From a virus, in IMG/VR virus record IMGVR_UViG_3300018914_000025: a DNA stretch of 58,057 bases. One strand, 5' to 3'. Shown here piece by piece: positions 40,157-49,636 of this stretch. The translations under genes were made by a program, and so were the position numbers. Positions within the stretch are counted from its first letter, which is position 1. Each line of letters begins with the position of its first letter. The notes under the pieces are model-generated. The model made no database searches and was not told the origin of the DNA. It saw only the letters and a program-made list of their open reading frames with translations.

Positions 40157-42441
40157 TTCGGAACACCCCCCATACGAGTTGGGACGCCGCCGCTGGTATC
40201 AATCGCTCTGATGAACGCTTTCTGAACATCGTTGGTGATCTTGTTCTGCACGAGTGGCGAATCAAGCATCTTCAGCATGCTGGGCACGTCTTGGAGAACG
40301 CCGTCCGCGCGCAGTTCGATTTTGATTTCTGGGTTCATGGTGACGGTCGGCGGCTTGTTTGCTACGACAGGAGTGGATGCTACTGGCACCGGTGGTTTTT
40401 CCGCAGGCTGTCGACCCCACCAGTCCTTCGCTTTATCGAATATCGCACCACCGCCCCAGGCACCGAGTACGCCACCAACAGCAGCGCCGACGGCGGTGCC
40501 TATGCCCGGGATGATTGAACCGAGAGCAGCCCCGGCGGCCGCTCCGCCCAGCCCACCGGCCGCCTCTGATCCAACCTTTCCGGCGGCTTCGGCTTTATCT
40601 TCTGCCGTCAGGATCTGGCCGGCACCAATCAGGGCGCCGAGGTACGGCAGTTTTTTGATGGCCGATCCGCCAAAAGTTTTCAGCGATTCTCTCGTCGGAA
40701 GCATGCCGGTGATTCGGTCTTTCATGCCGCCAAGAAGCCCTTTTTTGACGGTTTCTTCAACCGGAGCCAGACCGTCAAGCGCGCGCTTTGCGTCTGCTGA
40801 TGACATCCATTTACGAGCAGGGACATCCGGTACATCCTTTTTCCACATCTTCGGATTCCACCATTTCTTTTTGCCGCCGATGTCCGGCCCGCCGTCCCCG
40901 CCCATTGACTTTGCGGCGGCCTCCAGTGCCCGGGCTGCCCGCAGGTGGGCGGTGGCGGATTTAATCAGTAACAAACCACCACCAATAATCGCAGCCGAGG
41001 CAGCTGCGATCTCAATTCCGTATCGAGTAGTGTCAGACATGTTATTGAAGACATTAGCCAAAGCTGTAGCCTTTTCGGATAGGAAGGCAAGGGCTGGAGT
41101 AGCATCCTGAGCTACCTTTGAACCAAAATCCATTACAGCCTGTTTTGCTTCGTTTTGCGCCTTTTGATACTCGAAAAGAGGGTTGTTCTCGGTCGCGAGT
41201 TTGTATGCCCGGTTCATTTCGTCCCCGATTTCAGGTCTGATTTGACCGGTCGCCAGTTTTCCGGCGTACTCCAGCAGGGGGGCGAAGTGTCTTCCCAGGT
41301 CCTCCCCCGGACCCGCGCCGAGCTCGTTCAAGATCTGCTGTCTGACGTTCTTGTCTTGGATGGTGGCGAGTGTCAGCATCATGCGACCCATCGCCGCCTG
41401 GTTATCTGCTCGGTTCTCCGAATGAATGAGTTTGTTTATTTCTGCGGCTTCTTTGGTGGCTAGTTCCAAGGCTTTTTCTGCCTTCATGCCCTGTGTTTCG
41501 TACCCGGTTTTCAGTACGTTCGTCAGGTCGCCTTGGTTTGTCAGCTTGAGCGTGGTCTCTTTCAGCGAATCAAACGCTTTGTCGTCTGACCAGATCCCCA
41601 TTTTTCCGATCTGACCTACAAGGGCGGCCATCTTTTCCGGCGTGTCCAGGAATTTGCTCGTCTGAACACTGTACTCAATGATGGAATCGACAAACTCTTC
41701 CTTGAAGTCCTTCAAATTGTTTGCCATGTACTGCAAGGAGTTGCCAAGTCGCTTTGCGTCATCCACCCCAGTATTCTCCCGGAGAACGGCCATCATTTTC
41801 AGATGTTCCTCTGGAGCGTACCGGGTGGTCACACCCAACTTTGTGGCTGCTTCCGCGTATGCGCCGGCATTTTTGCCGTTATACTTCTCACTTTTTGAGA
41901 TTGTTGCCATAGCTTCCGCTCGGTTCATGTACGGATTGTTTAAGAGAAGTTCCTTCGTCTTCTGATCAAACGTTTGCATTTCTTGCTCAGTTTTGCCTTT
42001 TACTGAATACAGCGCGCGTTCGCGGAATGCTGCCTCTGCTTCTGACATCATGTTGCCGACATTTGAACCGATTGTAATGGCTGCCGCAATACCACCCAGA
42101 GCAAGAAGCTGCTGACGAATGTCGGTGATTTCCTGAGTGGCCTGATTGTCTACCTCTACCCGGGGCTTTTCGTTCATGCTACCCAGCCGATTCAGTTCCG
42201 ATCGAAGGTCATGGATCTCTCGCTGCGCGCGTTCCAGATCACGTACCATGTCTCTTGACATCTTCTCTGAGGCATCTGCCATACGTCCAATACCCTGCAA
42301 GGCTTTTCTTGTTTCATCATCAAGACCGCCCATCGCTTGACGGGATTTTTGTACTTCGCGCTGAACTTTCACCAGTTCCGGTGATATTTGATTTCTTGCT
42401 TCAAGCAAAGCTGTAATTTTTGACACCTTACTCACCCCCAC
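40153..42441 (-). CDS. Tail tape measure protein
   Basis: 762 aa, helical, with Gly/Ala-rich hydrophobic stretches (GGLGGAAAGAALGSIIPGIGTAVGAAVGGVLGAWGGG); position after the chaperone genes. Confidence 0.85.
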   Translation of the reverse strand: MGVSKVSKITALLEARNQISPELVKVQREVQKSRQAMGGLDDETRKALQGIGRMADASEKMSRDMVRDLERAQREIHDLRSELNRLGSMNEKPRVEVDNQATQEITDIRQQLLALGGIAAAITIGSNVGNMMSEAEAAFRERALYSVKGKTEQEMQTFDQKTKELLLNNPYMNRAEAMATISKSEKYNGKNAGAYAEAATKLGVTTRYAPEEHLKMMAVLRENTGVDDAKRLGNSLQYMANNLKDFKEEFVDSIIEYSVQTSKFLDTPEKMAALVGQIGKMGIWSDDKAFDSLKETTLKLTNQGDLTNVLKTGYETQGMKAEKALELATKEAAEINKLIHSENRADNQAAMGRMMLTLATIQDKNVRQQILNELGAGPGEDLGRHFAPLLEYAGKLATGQIRPEIGDEMNRAYKLATENNPLFEYQKAQNEAKQAVMDFGSKVAQDATPALAFLSEKATALANVFNNMSDTTRYGIEIAAASAAIIGGGLLLIKSATAHLRAARALEAAAKSMGGDGGPDIGGKKKWWNPKMWKKDVPDVPARKWMSSADAKRALDGLAPVEETVKKGLLGGMKDRITGMLPTRESLKTFGGSAIKKLPYLGALIGAGQILTAEDKAEAAGKVGSEAAGGLGGAAAGAALGSIIPGIGTAVGAAVGGVLGAWGGGAIFDKAKDWWGRQPAEKPPVPVASTPVVANKPPTVTMNPEIKIELRADGVLQDVPSMLKMLDSPLVQNKITNDVQKAFIRAIDTSGGVPTRMGGVPK

Positions 42442-42488
42442 ATCGTATTACATGGTAAAATGTTCCTAAAAACTACGGAGGGAACGGC

Positions 42489-42710
42489 ATGGATTTCCTG
42501 AAAGCTATTCCGACGTTTTTTTACTTCCTTTTCCGGCTCTTTATTAAAATGGCGATGTATTTTTGGTTAATCGTTTTTCTCGGTATCATTACAGCTATCA
42601 TCACGTCAGTTATGGTTGGGATGTTCAAAATGCCCGAAGTCCTCAGCTGGGTTTTAGCTGGTTCTTTTGTTGGGCTAACCTATCTCGGATACCGACTCAA
42701 TAAAAAGTGA
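42489..42710 (+). CDS. Small three-TM membrane protein, antisense insert in the tail operon
   Basis: MDFLKAIPTFFYFLFRLFIKMAMYFWLIVFLGIITAIITSVMVGMF...; GGAGGGAA RBS; TGGTAAAAT extended -10-like box upstream. Confidence 0.55.
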   Translation: MDFLKAIPTFFYFLFRLFIKMAMYFWLIVFLGIITAIITSVMVGMFKMPEVLSWVLAGSFVGLTYLGYRLNKK

Positions 42711-42744
42711 CTCTCTCCCCAGCCGTCACCCGCTCGGGAGAGAG
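42711..42744. terminator. Hairpin CTCTCTCCC-N16-GGGAGAGAG between convergent genes
   Basis: 9-bp stem; the minus-strand side is followed by TCACTTTTTATT. Confidence 0.3.
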
Positions 42745-42751
42745 GGAGAAG

Positions 42752-43299
42752 CTATTCGTTTCGTTGCTTCTCCATCTCCTCGATCTCGTAGACCTGGCAC
42801 GCCATGATAAACAGCTTTTGCTTGTACGGATCCACGTCGATGTCGAGAAGGTCCGACGGCAGCCCCCTGCCTTTCAGGTAGGCGTAACACATGTGCCAGG
42901 CTTCACCGTCGGTCCTTATCAGTTTTTTGCTTCTTCCACCGCATCCGCCTCAGTCTGCCCCGTGTTCACTCGGCGGACAGCATCCAGCAGCTTCGTGTAC
43001 CCTTCTGGGTTGTGCTCAAACAGCTTGGCCGGAAGCTCGAACTTGTCCGCCGCACCGTAGGCTTTCAGCAGCTCAGGATCTTTCCATGGAAAATCGTGCT
43101 CGGTGGCCTTCACGATCCGGGCATCGTTATAGCGATACCAGTCGATCTTGTCGCCTCGATCCGCCATCCGCTCACATTGTCGGAGCTCAATCAGTGTCAG
43201 TTGGCGGACTTTCCACTCGTCACCGTCAATATCGACGGTGATTTCTTTGCGTTGTACCGGTTCAGAGGCTTTCGCCAGAAACTTTTCCAACTTGCTCAT
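42752..43299 (-). CDS. Tail assembly chaperone, -1 frameshift fusion product (gpGT-like)
   Basis: A -1 slip at A_AAA_AAC enters an open frame: LIRTDGEAWHMCYAYLKGRGLPSDLLDIDVDPYKQKLFIMACQVYEIEEMEKQRNE*. Confidence 0.6.
42919..43299 (-). CDS. Tail assembly chaperone (XkdN / gpG-like)
   Basis: 126 aa between the tube and tape-measure genes; ends at a slippery heptamer. Confidence 0.7.
   Translation of the reverse strand: MSKLEKFLAKASEPVQRKEITVDIDGDEWKVRQLTLIELRQCERMADRGDKIDWYRYNDARIVKATEHDFPWKDPELLKAYGAADKFELPAKLFEHNPEGYTKLLDAVRRVNTGQTEADAVEEAKN
42922..42928 (-). promoter_or_regulatory. Slippery heptamer A_AAA_AAC (programmed -1 frameshift site)
   Basis: Read on the minus strand as GCA AAA AAC TGA, with the heptamer immediately before the zero-frame stop. 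Confidence 0.6.
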
Positions 43300-43310
43300 A
43301 TGCTCATCCC

Positions 43311-43757
43311 CTATTCTTCGTAATCAGGCAGTTTGTCGATGAAGTCAGCCGGCTTGTTGCTGCGACCCTTGATCTCGTATGTGGCGTTATCGTTGCCTTC
43401 CGCCTTGGCCTCCCAAAGCGTGATCTCCTCTGGGTTGAGGTAGATGTCGGAGATCCGCACGCGCTCCGCGTTGCCCGTTTCTTTGTCTAGGGTTTCACCG
43501 ATGATGAACGGAAGGACCGGCGTTTTGCCTTTCGTCAACTGATCTACGCAGTAGTATTTCAGCGCGGCGTTGACCGAGGAGATCCGGAGCGTAACTTCGT
43601 TGTACCAGCTGTCAACGGTCTGGACAGGTCCTTTCTGCAACCGGTTCACGTCGCCGTACTGTACTTTCAGCACGACCCGCCCTTCCAGCGTTCCTTCGAT
43701 GGGATCACCGTTGTCGTCGTACACCTGGCAGTTTTTTAGCTTGATGTCGCGTTGCAT
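43311..43757 (-). CDS. Tail tube protein (XkdM-like)
   Basis: 148 aa immediately after the sheath gene. Confidence 0.7.
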   Translation of the reverse strand: MQRDIKLKNCQVYDDNGDPIEGTLEGRVVLKVQYGDVNRLQKGPVQTVDSWYNEVTLRISSVNAALKYYCVDQLTKGKTPVLPFIIGETLDKETGNAERVRISDIYLNPEEITLWEAKAEGNDNATYEIKGRSNKPADFIDKLPDYEE

Positions 43758-43760
43758 CTA

Positions 43761-45101
43761 TTACAGCACCTCCCACTCGACGTCAAAGTTTTCGATGGCA
43801 TCCAGAGGTCTCGCCGACAGTTTGAAGCCGCGGCGGTCGCCGGTTCCGTTTTTCTTGTCCGTGAAGGACCATCCGGCATCAATTGCGCCTTGCTCTTCAC
43901 GTATCTCCATGTACTTTTTCACCGCACCGACAAAGGTAGCGCCGCCCAGGTCGTTGTTGTCCAGCTTCCCTTTGTACTTCTTACCTACAGCGGTGATGTC
44001 GTTCACGATCTGATCGAGCGTCATGGAAACACGGATCTTCCCGTAGTCCTCACGATCATTCGGCCCCAGCGTGGAAAGCGTATTTACGGCGCTCTCGATG
44101 ATGTACACGTCCCCGTCGCGTGTAGCGATCAGCGTACCGGTACTGAGTGCGTTCAGGATCTCACTGTGCCCCCAGTCCTTTTTGGTTTTCTTCAGGGGGA
44201 CAATGACAGCTGTCAGGGACTGATCTGCAGGTGTGGCAGCGAGCATGCCCGCCACCCAGGCGGCCCACTGCGTGCTGTTGTAGTCCTTTCCGTTGTTGTG
44301 GGTGCCCGCGATCGCGCAGTTGACCACGTACCGCGCATTCATGGATACGGAGCGTTCCGTGTGCTTTGTCATGTCAGCGTCATCGGCCTCTTTACCGCCG
44401 ATTACCAGCGTGCTCAATTTTTTCGAGAGAGTGCGACGATCCGCGATGAACTGTTTCGCCGCTGCTTGAACCGCCGCGTCATCAGACGGGAGATACATCG
44501 CATCAAAGTCCGATCCGGAAACCGCGTTGAAGATTTTCGTAAAGTCCGCAGCTGTCAGTGGGGCGTTTCCGGAGGTCCCGTTCGTAAATTGCGCGTCTGC
44601 GACGTCGCTGACCGACGTGTCCCCCAGCTTCTTCGCACGCACAAAGTCAGAAGAAGCTGTTTTCGTCACCAGCTCTGTAGCATCGGCAAACGAGAACTTC
44701 TCCAGGATGCCTGTTGCGTCTTTTACCTGCAGCTCCTTTTTCCCGGGCTCTGCGGAAGAAGCAAGGATCGTCACGCGCAGGTTGTTTCCGTAGGTTCCGG
44801 GGTAACGGGCCGCGATTTCGATTGCGCCGTCCTGCACGTACTTTGCAGCAGTCTCGTTCCCGTTTGTTACACGGTATCCGAGGACTGTAGCACCGCCCTC
44901 TGCAGCCAGCTCGATGGTATCGACCAGACCGAGCGTTTCTTTATAGCGCTCTTCGTATCCCGTCATCCGTACGATGGTGTTGGGGGCTCCCCACTCAGCC
45001 TGATAGGGGACGAGCACGACACCGCTTTTCGGGAGCACGCGCTCTTGCGCCTTTGCAATGAGGTCGACCGTGACCCCCGGTCTTTGCCGCTGAATCGTCA
45101 T
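43761..45101 (-). CDS. Contractile tail sheath protein (XkdK-like)
   Basis: 446 aa; position before the tube gene; N-terminus QRQRPGVTVDL typical of sheath proteins. Confidence 0.8.
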   Translation of the reverse strand: MTIQRQRPGVTVDLIAKAQERVLPKSGVVLVPYQAEWGAPNTIVRMTGYEERYKETLGLVDTIELAAEGGATVLGYRVTNGNETAAKYVQDGAIEIAARYPGTYGNNLRVTILASSAEPGKKELQVKDATGILEKFSFADATELVTKTASSDFVRAKKLGDTSVSDVADAQFTNGTSGNAPLTAADFTKIFNAVSGSDFDAMYLPSDDAAVQAAAKQFIADRRTLSKKLSTLVIGGKEADDADMTKHTERSVSMNARYVVNCAIAGTHNNGKDYNSTQWAAWVAGMLAATPADQSLTAVIVPLKKTKKDWGHSEILNALSTGTLIATRDGDVYIIESAVNTLSTLGPNDREDYGKIRVSMTLDQIVNDITAVGKKYKGKLDNNDLGGATFVGAVKKYMEIREEQGAIDAGWSFTDKKNGTGDRRGFKLSARPLDAIENFDVEWEVL

Positions 45102-45304
45102 CGGTTGTCACCGCCTTTGTATTTGCTCAATCTTTGTTTGACCTCATCCTCGGAGACCAACTGTCCGGCCGTTACACCAAAAAGAGCGCCGGCCACCTCA
45201 AACCTTTCGGCTTTCAGGTATGCAGCGCTCTCGATCCAGTCCTGTTTGGTGCGCTTGATCTCAGAGGATTCGACGGCCTTTGGTTTTGGTGCCATCAGGT
45301 CCAT
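45098..45304 (-). CDS. hypothetical head-tail protein
   Basis: 68 aa; 4-nt overlap with the sheath gene. Confidence 0.5.
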   Translation of the reverse strand: MDLMAPKPKAVESSEIKRTKQDWIESAAYLKAERFEVAGALFGVTAGQLVSEDEVKQRLSKYKGGDNR

Positions 45305-45747
45305 TCCCCCTCAATGTCAAATGTGTTGATTTTCTCGGCAGTATCCTTCGGAATCGATACGGTGTACTCGTATCGGAAGGTGATCTCGGTCCTGTCTTTC
45401 CGCTCCGTACGAACACGGAATGACGTGCTGTCTATGTTGATGTAGAGCCCGTCCGTCTTCCCCCGAAAGCTATACCGCTCTTTTCGAAGAAGCTGCCGCA
45501 GGGGTTCGCTGCTGATCGGCTGGTACACTCCGTTCACCTTCGGGTGATGGAGCACGATACCGGCATCCGCGATCACTTTGTAGGACGTGAGCGTATTCCC
45601 TCTTTCCGTGACGCTCTGCGTTTGAATGAACGCGATTGGCGGATTGAACTTCGCGGCCAGCCACTCGTCGAGACTGTCCAGGATGGAGAGCTCCGGATAC
45701 GCCTCGTTTACCAGATCGATCATGCAAGAGAGTTCGCGGTCCATCAC
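45295..45747 (-). CDS. Tail completion / head-tail joining protein (XkdJ position)
   Basis: 150 aa; synteny. Confidence 0.5.
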   Translation of the reverse strand: MMDRELSCMIDLVNEAYPELSILDSLDEWLAAKFNPPIAFIQTQSVTERGNTLTSYKVIADAGIVLHHPKVNGVYQPISSEPLRQLLRKERYSFRGKTDGLYINIDSTSFRVRTERKDRTEITFRYEYTVSIPKDTAEKINTFDIEGEWT

Positions 45748-46226
45748 TTCACCAGCCTTTCCAGTTCTGCCTGCAGCAGTTTTTCGATGAGAGCCTGCAT
45801 GCCACCCCTGAAGTTCTCCAGAGCGATGTCGAAGTATTTGCGTCCGATGAAGGAACGGGGCCGGGCCCAGAACCCAGTTTTTGCGCTCGGATCGTAAACG
45901 AACCCGCCCTCGGCCTTCCAGTACCCCGGAACGAAATAGCCTTTCTCGATCGTGTATCCGTCGTTCATGTACTCCGCGTAGGTCAGGTTTGAACCGACTT
46001 CGAGCGTTAGGGTGTTGCGGTCTCCGTCAAACTCCCAGACGTTACTCTCGCCGCCCTGCGTGAATGATTGCCACAGGGCACCGGTGTCGATGATGTCCTG
46101 TCTGCGGATCTCCTCCACGACATGATTCAAAAGTTCTTCCCCGAGCACGTACACGATCCGTTGCAAGAGCTCGGGGAGATCTTTATCGAAAGCCTTCAGC
46201 CGGGCTTCAAACTGCTGGAAGTTCAC
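45744..46226 (-). CDS. HK97 gp10-like head-tail joining protein (XkdI position)
   Basis: 160 aa; synteny; 4-nt overlaps. Confidence 0.5.
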   Translation of the reverse strand: MNFQQFEARLKAFDKDLPELLQRIVYVLGEELLNHVVEEIRRQDIIDTGALWQSFTQGGESNVWEFDGDRNTLTLEVGSNLTYAEYMNDGYTIEKGYFVPGYWKAEGGFVYDPSAKTGFWARPRSFIGRKYFDIALENFRGGMQALIEKLLQAELERLVK

Positions 46227-46549
46227 TGCTCAGATCCCCGCTTTCCCTGTATAGCCGTGACCGCCAGAAACTGCCGGCCGGGCTTGACGTCTACAACGAC
46301 AAAAACGCCGCGGGTCCCCAGCGTCAGACGATCGCCTATACGAACGTCCTCCGTAATGGGGCACCCCAGCGACGCTTTGAACTCCCATTCCACCGGATCA
46401 GTACCCTGCCGATTCCATGAGCTTTGCACGTCTCGAACGCAGCAGCAGATGATGCGAGGCGGTGCGTCCGTTGACGTCACCCGGTTACGATTGTCCGTGA
46501 TGGTTTCGGTGCGTTGGAGCGTAATCTGTTCGGTCATCCGATGGATCAT
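46223..46549 (-). CDS. Head-tail adaptor (XkdH position)
   Basis: Start set at MIHRMTEQ, which forms an ATGA overlap with the upstream stop (ORF track extends to 46606). Confidence 0.5.
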   Translation of the reverse strand: MIHRMTEQITLQRTETITDNRNRVTSTDAPPRIICCCVRDVQSSWNRQGTDPVEWEFKASLGCPITEDVRIGDRLTLGTRGVFVVVDVKPGRQFLAVTAIQGKRGSEQ

Positions 46550-46926
46550 AGCAGGCTCACCTTCAGTTGCCCGCCGTCCCGTGTCTCCGCTGTGAAGGCC
46601 AGCCATTGCCGGAGCATCGAATCAACAAGGGGGCTGCCGGTGGTGATCGTTGCACGCTCAATTGACCAGGAGTATCCTTGATCAGACTCGGCTGTAATCC
46701 CGCGGGCTTCCGCACCCAGCGTTGCTTCGTTATCGGTCAATGCCATCGCTTCAACCAAACGGAAATGCGCGATCTCCAGCCGGGTATCGCTTTCGTCGAA
46801 CGGTCGGGAAGTGAAGAGCTCAATGCGGACTTTGGCCTCGTCAATCAGGTAAGAAAGCCGCTCAGGCGTTTTATCCTGAACGGCTTTCGTGATGCTCTGC
46901 TGCTTAACCTTATCAGGAGTCAGCAT
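46546..46926 (-). CDS. gp6-like head-tail connector
   Basis: 126 aa; LSYLIDEAKVRIELFTSRPF pattern and its position after the capsid gene. Confidence 0.55.
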   Translation of the reverse strand: MLTPDKVKQQSITKAVQDKTPERLSYLIDEAKVRIELFTSRPFDESDTRLEIAHFRLVEAMALTDNEATLGAEARGITAESDQGYSWSIERATITTGSPLVDSMLRQWLAFTAETRDGGQLKVSLL

Positions 46927-46931
46927 AGAGT

Positions 46932-47120
46932 CTACTCCTGCTCAGACTTCTTCGGTCGGCCAGTAGGCTTCTCTTCTTCGGTTTTGATAACCTCGAAGTC
47001 AGCCCGATTCTTCAACTTTTCAAGCGTCTCCGTATTGACCTTTACTGGTTGATCCTTCAGGAATCGGTACCCGTACATCTTTACGGAGTGGTTCGTGCCG
47101 ACAAACTTAACGTATGCCAT
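46932..47120 (-). CDS. hypothetical small head protein
   Basis: 62-aa ORF abutting the capsid gene. Confidence 0.5.
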   Translation of the reverse strand: MAYVKFVGTNHSVKMYGYRFLKDQPVKVNTETLEKLKNRADFEVIKTEEEKPTGRPKKSEQE

Positions 47121-48055
47121 TAGAACACCACCCCTTCGACGTAGGCCACGGCCGCCGGCTCTTCGAAGATTGGGTCGAAGTCGGAGTGGATCGCGTAGAA
47201 ACGCTTGTCAGCGTAGATCGCTTCCCGGCCTTCCGTGGTCTTACGGATCTGCATGTCGTAGGTGTGAACCATGACGAAGTTCGGCTGGTAGGTGTAGAGG
47301 ATTGCGCCCTCTTTCATGTGCGGCACCTCTACCACATCGTAGGAGTTGATTTTCTTCACGCCGCCCGTGATCTGCAGCTGAACAGCCGCGCTGTTGTCCA
47401 TTTCAGCCAGCTTTTGCAGGCGTTGGCTGAAGGTGTTCGGGTGCATGAAGAACTTGAAGGTTCCGCCGGAACGGTACCGGGTCGGGATAGCACGCTCCAG
47501 CTCGAACAGGATGCCCGTTTTCTCCGCAGTGGAGAGGGTAGCCCAATCCAGATAGTTACCGTTCGTTTTCGCCAGCTTCAACCAGCCGTCATTGATTTTC
47601 AGGAAGTCGTAGTCCGGGTCAGTATTGGGAGTCGCTGTGTCACCGTTGAAGCCGATGTCCTGCATGTTGTCCCCGTAGTTAAGGGTCATATGACGCAGGA
47701 TAATATCCTCCGCGTTTTGACCGCGTACGCGCTGTGTTTGACGGATGAATTCCTCCGTGATCTCAAACGGCAGCACAACAGGCGTGACCGAGTACGGTAC
47801 TTGCGGGAATACCGGCGCCTTTGTGTTGGTAGCCGCCACGTTTTCCGCTTTCGGTCGGAGGTTACGTCCCGTCACACCGATCTTGTCGATCGTCCCCTGT
47901 GCAGACGTGCGGGTTTCATGACGGATCCCGCGCAGAAAGTCCGTAGAATCATAAGCCAATTCCATGAACTTGTTGACTTCTTTGTAGTTGAGAGCAGTCG
48001 AATCAAGCGACGTTACGACGGTAGATTTCGCGATAAATTCTTGGTTAGCTGTCAT
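47120..48055 (-). CDS. Major capsid protein (XkdG position)
   Basis: 311 aa following the XkdF-like protease/scaffold gene. Confidence 0.75.
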   Translation of the reverse strand: MTANQEFIAKSTVVTSLDSTALNYKEVNKFMELAYDSTDFLRGIRHETRTSAQGTIDKIGVTGRNLRPKAENVAATNTKAPVFPQVPYSVTPVVLPFEITEEFIRQTQRVRGQNAEDIILRHMTLNYGDNMQDIGFNGDTATPNTDPDYDFLKINDGWLKLAKTNGNYLDWATLSTAEKTGILFELERAIPTRYRSGGTFKFFMHPNTFSQRLQKLAEMDNSAAVQLQITGGVKKINSYDVVEVPHMKEGAILYTYQPNFVMVHTYDMQIRKTTEGREAIYADKRFYAIHSDFDPIFEEPAAVAYVEGVVF

Positions 48056-48069
48056 GTGGGTTGTCCTCC

Positions 48070-49263
48070 TTACAGCTTGCCCGCAAACAGGCCGGCTTCT
48101 TTTTGGATTTGGTCAGGATCTTCTGGCGGTTGGGCACTGATACCGCGTGCGCTCTTGATCAGCTGCACATCTTTGTTCAGGGCTTCCAGTTGCTTGGTGA
48201 TCGGCTCCAGCGCTTTCGTGATGTCATCGGCTGCGGCTGGGGTTTCCTCCGCTTGGCCAGCGCCTTTCTTCAGCTCTGCTACTTCGCCAGTGAGCGTCTT
48301 CACCTGTTCTACCAGTGGTTCCAGTGCTTTTTGGATGTCTTCAGCTTTCATGTCGTTGTCCTCCTTGTCTTCTACCTCGGAAAGGATTTCCGAGAGCGCT
48401 GCTTGCGCGTTTTTGAGTTTTTCCAGGCGTGCGGCAGAGATCTTCTTCCCAGCCTTTTCGATTTCCGCCGGCGGTTCCCCGATCGACTTCATGATGTTGT
48501 CACTGGTGAGCAGCTCTTGCAGGATGCTCGCCAGATCTTCAATGGCCTCCCGGATAACCGCTGCGTCGGTTTCGAATTCGTACCGGTCTGTCTGCCAGTT
48601 ATAGCGACGTACGACCCGCTCGAAAGCGTACCAGGCCTCCCAGAACCCGGCTTCCTTCCGGGACTGCTCAAAGCGATCCTTGACCGCTCCTTTTCGGATG
48701 CCTGTCAGGTCGGCGAGCGCCTTTGCGATTGAACGCAAAAGCCCCTTCTCTACCGCATCACTCTCGGTAGCAGAAGAGGCTTCATCCAATTTCACGCGCT
48801 TGCCGATCCCCCACATTGAGAAACCGGTGATCTCCCCTTTTTCGATGGCCGACCAGGTGTCTTCATTCGTGACTTTTACCCCGGCCACCCAGGAGCCTTT
48901 CTTGATCGTCTGATCTCCCAGCTGCATGTCGCAGGGGGCAATGTACGATTCGACCACGAAGCCCTCGTCGGCCTCCAGGTCGTGCTGTTTGTCGATGTTG
49001 TAGATGCTTTTCGCTTGCATGAAACCGTGCGCGGCTTTCTCGATCTCCTCGGCGGTCATCATGTCCCCGTGCGCGTCCACGACGTCCGGCTGGTACACCA
49101 CACCGTATACGATCTGCTTCGGCTTGTCGGCTTTCGCGATCACGATGCTTTTCTGCACCGGCTCCCCGCCTTCTTCCTTGATGATGGCGAACGGTACACC
49201 GTTGGCGCCTTTATCAACCAGGGAAATGTGGGTGATTTTCGCGTCCTTCAATTCGTACGGCAT
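48070..49263 (-). CDS. XkdF-like prohead protease/scaffold protein
   Basis: N-terminus ITHISLVDKGANGVPFAIIKE is characteristic of XkdF-type domains; coiled-coil C-terminal half. Confidence 0.7.
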   Translation of the reverse strand: MPYELKDAKITHISLVDKGANGVPFAIIKEEGGEPVQKSIVIAKADKPKQIVYGVVYQPDVVDAHGDMMTAEEIEKAAHGFMQAKSIYNIDKQHDLEADEGFVVESYIAPCDMQLGDQTIKKGSWVAGVKVTNEDTWSAIEKGEITGFSMWGIGKRVKLDEASSATESDAVEKGLLRSIAKALADLTGIRKGAVKDRFEQSRKEAGFWEAWYAFERVVRRYNWQTDRYEFETDAAVIREAIEDLASILQELLTSDNIMKSIGEPPAEIEKAGKKISAARLEKLKNAQAALSEILSEVEDKEDNDMKAEDIQKALEPLVEQVKTLTGEVAELKKGAGQAEETPAAADDITKALEPITKQLEALNKDVQLIKSARGISAQPPEDPDQIQKEAGLFAGKL

Positions 49264-49341
49264 TCCTCGTTCACCTCCTTTCCACAGTGAATTTTCTTCG
49301 TCAGGAATAGCATAAACACCGCCTGCCTTTCCGGAAATGAA

Positions 49342-49365
49342 AAAGACGTCACGATTGCGACGTCT
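49342..49365 (-). terminator. Rho-independent terminator after the candidate immunity gene
   Basis: AAGACGTC-N8-GACGTCTT hairpin followed on the minus strand by TTTCATTTCC; spans the gene stop. Confidence 0.55.
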
Positions 49366-49636
49366 TGATTTTATCGAGGTTTTCCGATACTACTTCACGA
49401 AGCCGCTTTTCCTCGATTAGATGGGGATCGGCTTCTCGTACCTTCGGCTCGGGTTGATAGTAGGCGGCCACATCCCGAATTGCATCCAGGAACGCATAGC
49501 AGGGATCGTCAAACAGGTCCTCTTCATGATCAAACAGGTAACCCTCGTATTCATCGACGAACACGTCAGCCTGCAGATCCCCTGAGAGGAACTTTTCTGC
49601 TAACGCTATCAAGTGCTGCGTATGCTTATTCGTCAT
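49349..49636 (-). CDS. Small acidic protein, candidate immunity partner of the MuF C-terminal domain
   Basis: 95 aa; overlaps the MuF gene stop by 11 nt; acidic (DEYEGYLFDHEEDLFDDPCYAFLDAIRD). Confidence 0.5.
   Translation of the reverse strand: MTNKHTQHLIALAEKFLSGDLQADVFVDEYEGYLFDHEEDLFDDPCYAFLDAIRDVAAYYQPEPKVREADPHLIEEKRLREVVSENLDKIKTSQS

Noticed and set aside
43752-45329. 525-aa plus-strand ORF. Similar long plus-strand ORFs occur at 47114-48604, 37240-38145, 50689-51633, 10841-11605 and 40232-41110.
   Set aside because: All lie antisense to minus-strand genes with clear structural or enzymatic identities. Their translations are R/H/C/P-rich with no motifs, as expected for shadow ORFs in a moderately GC-rich genome.
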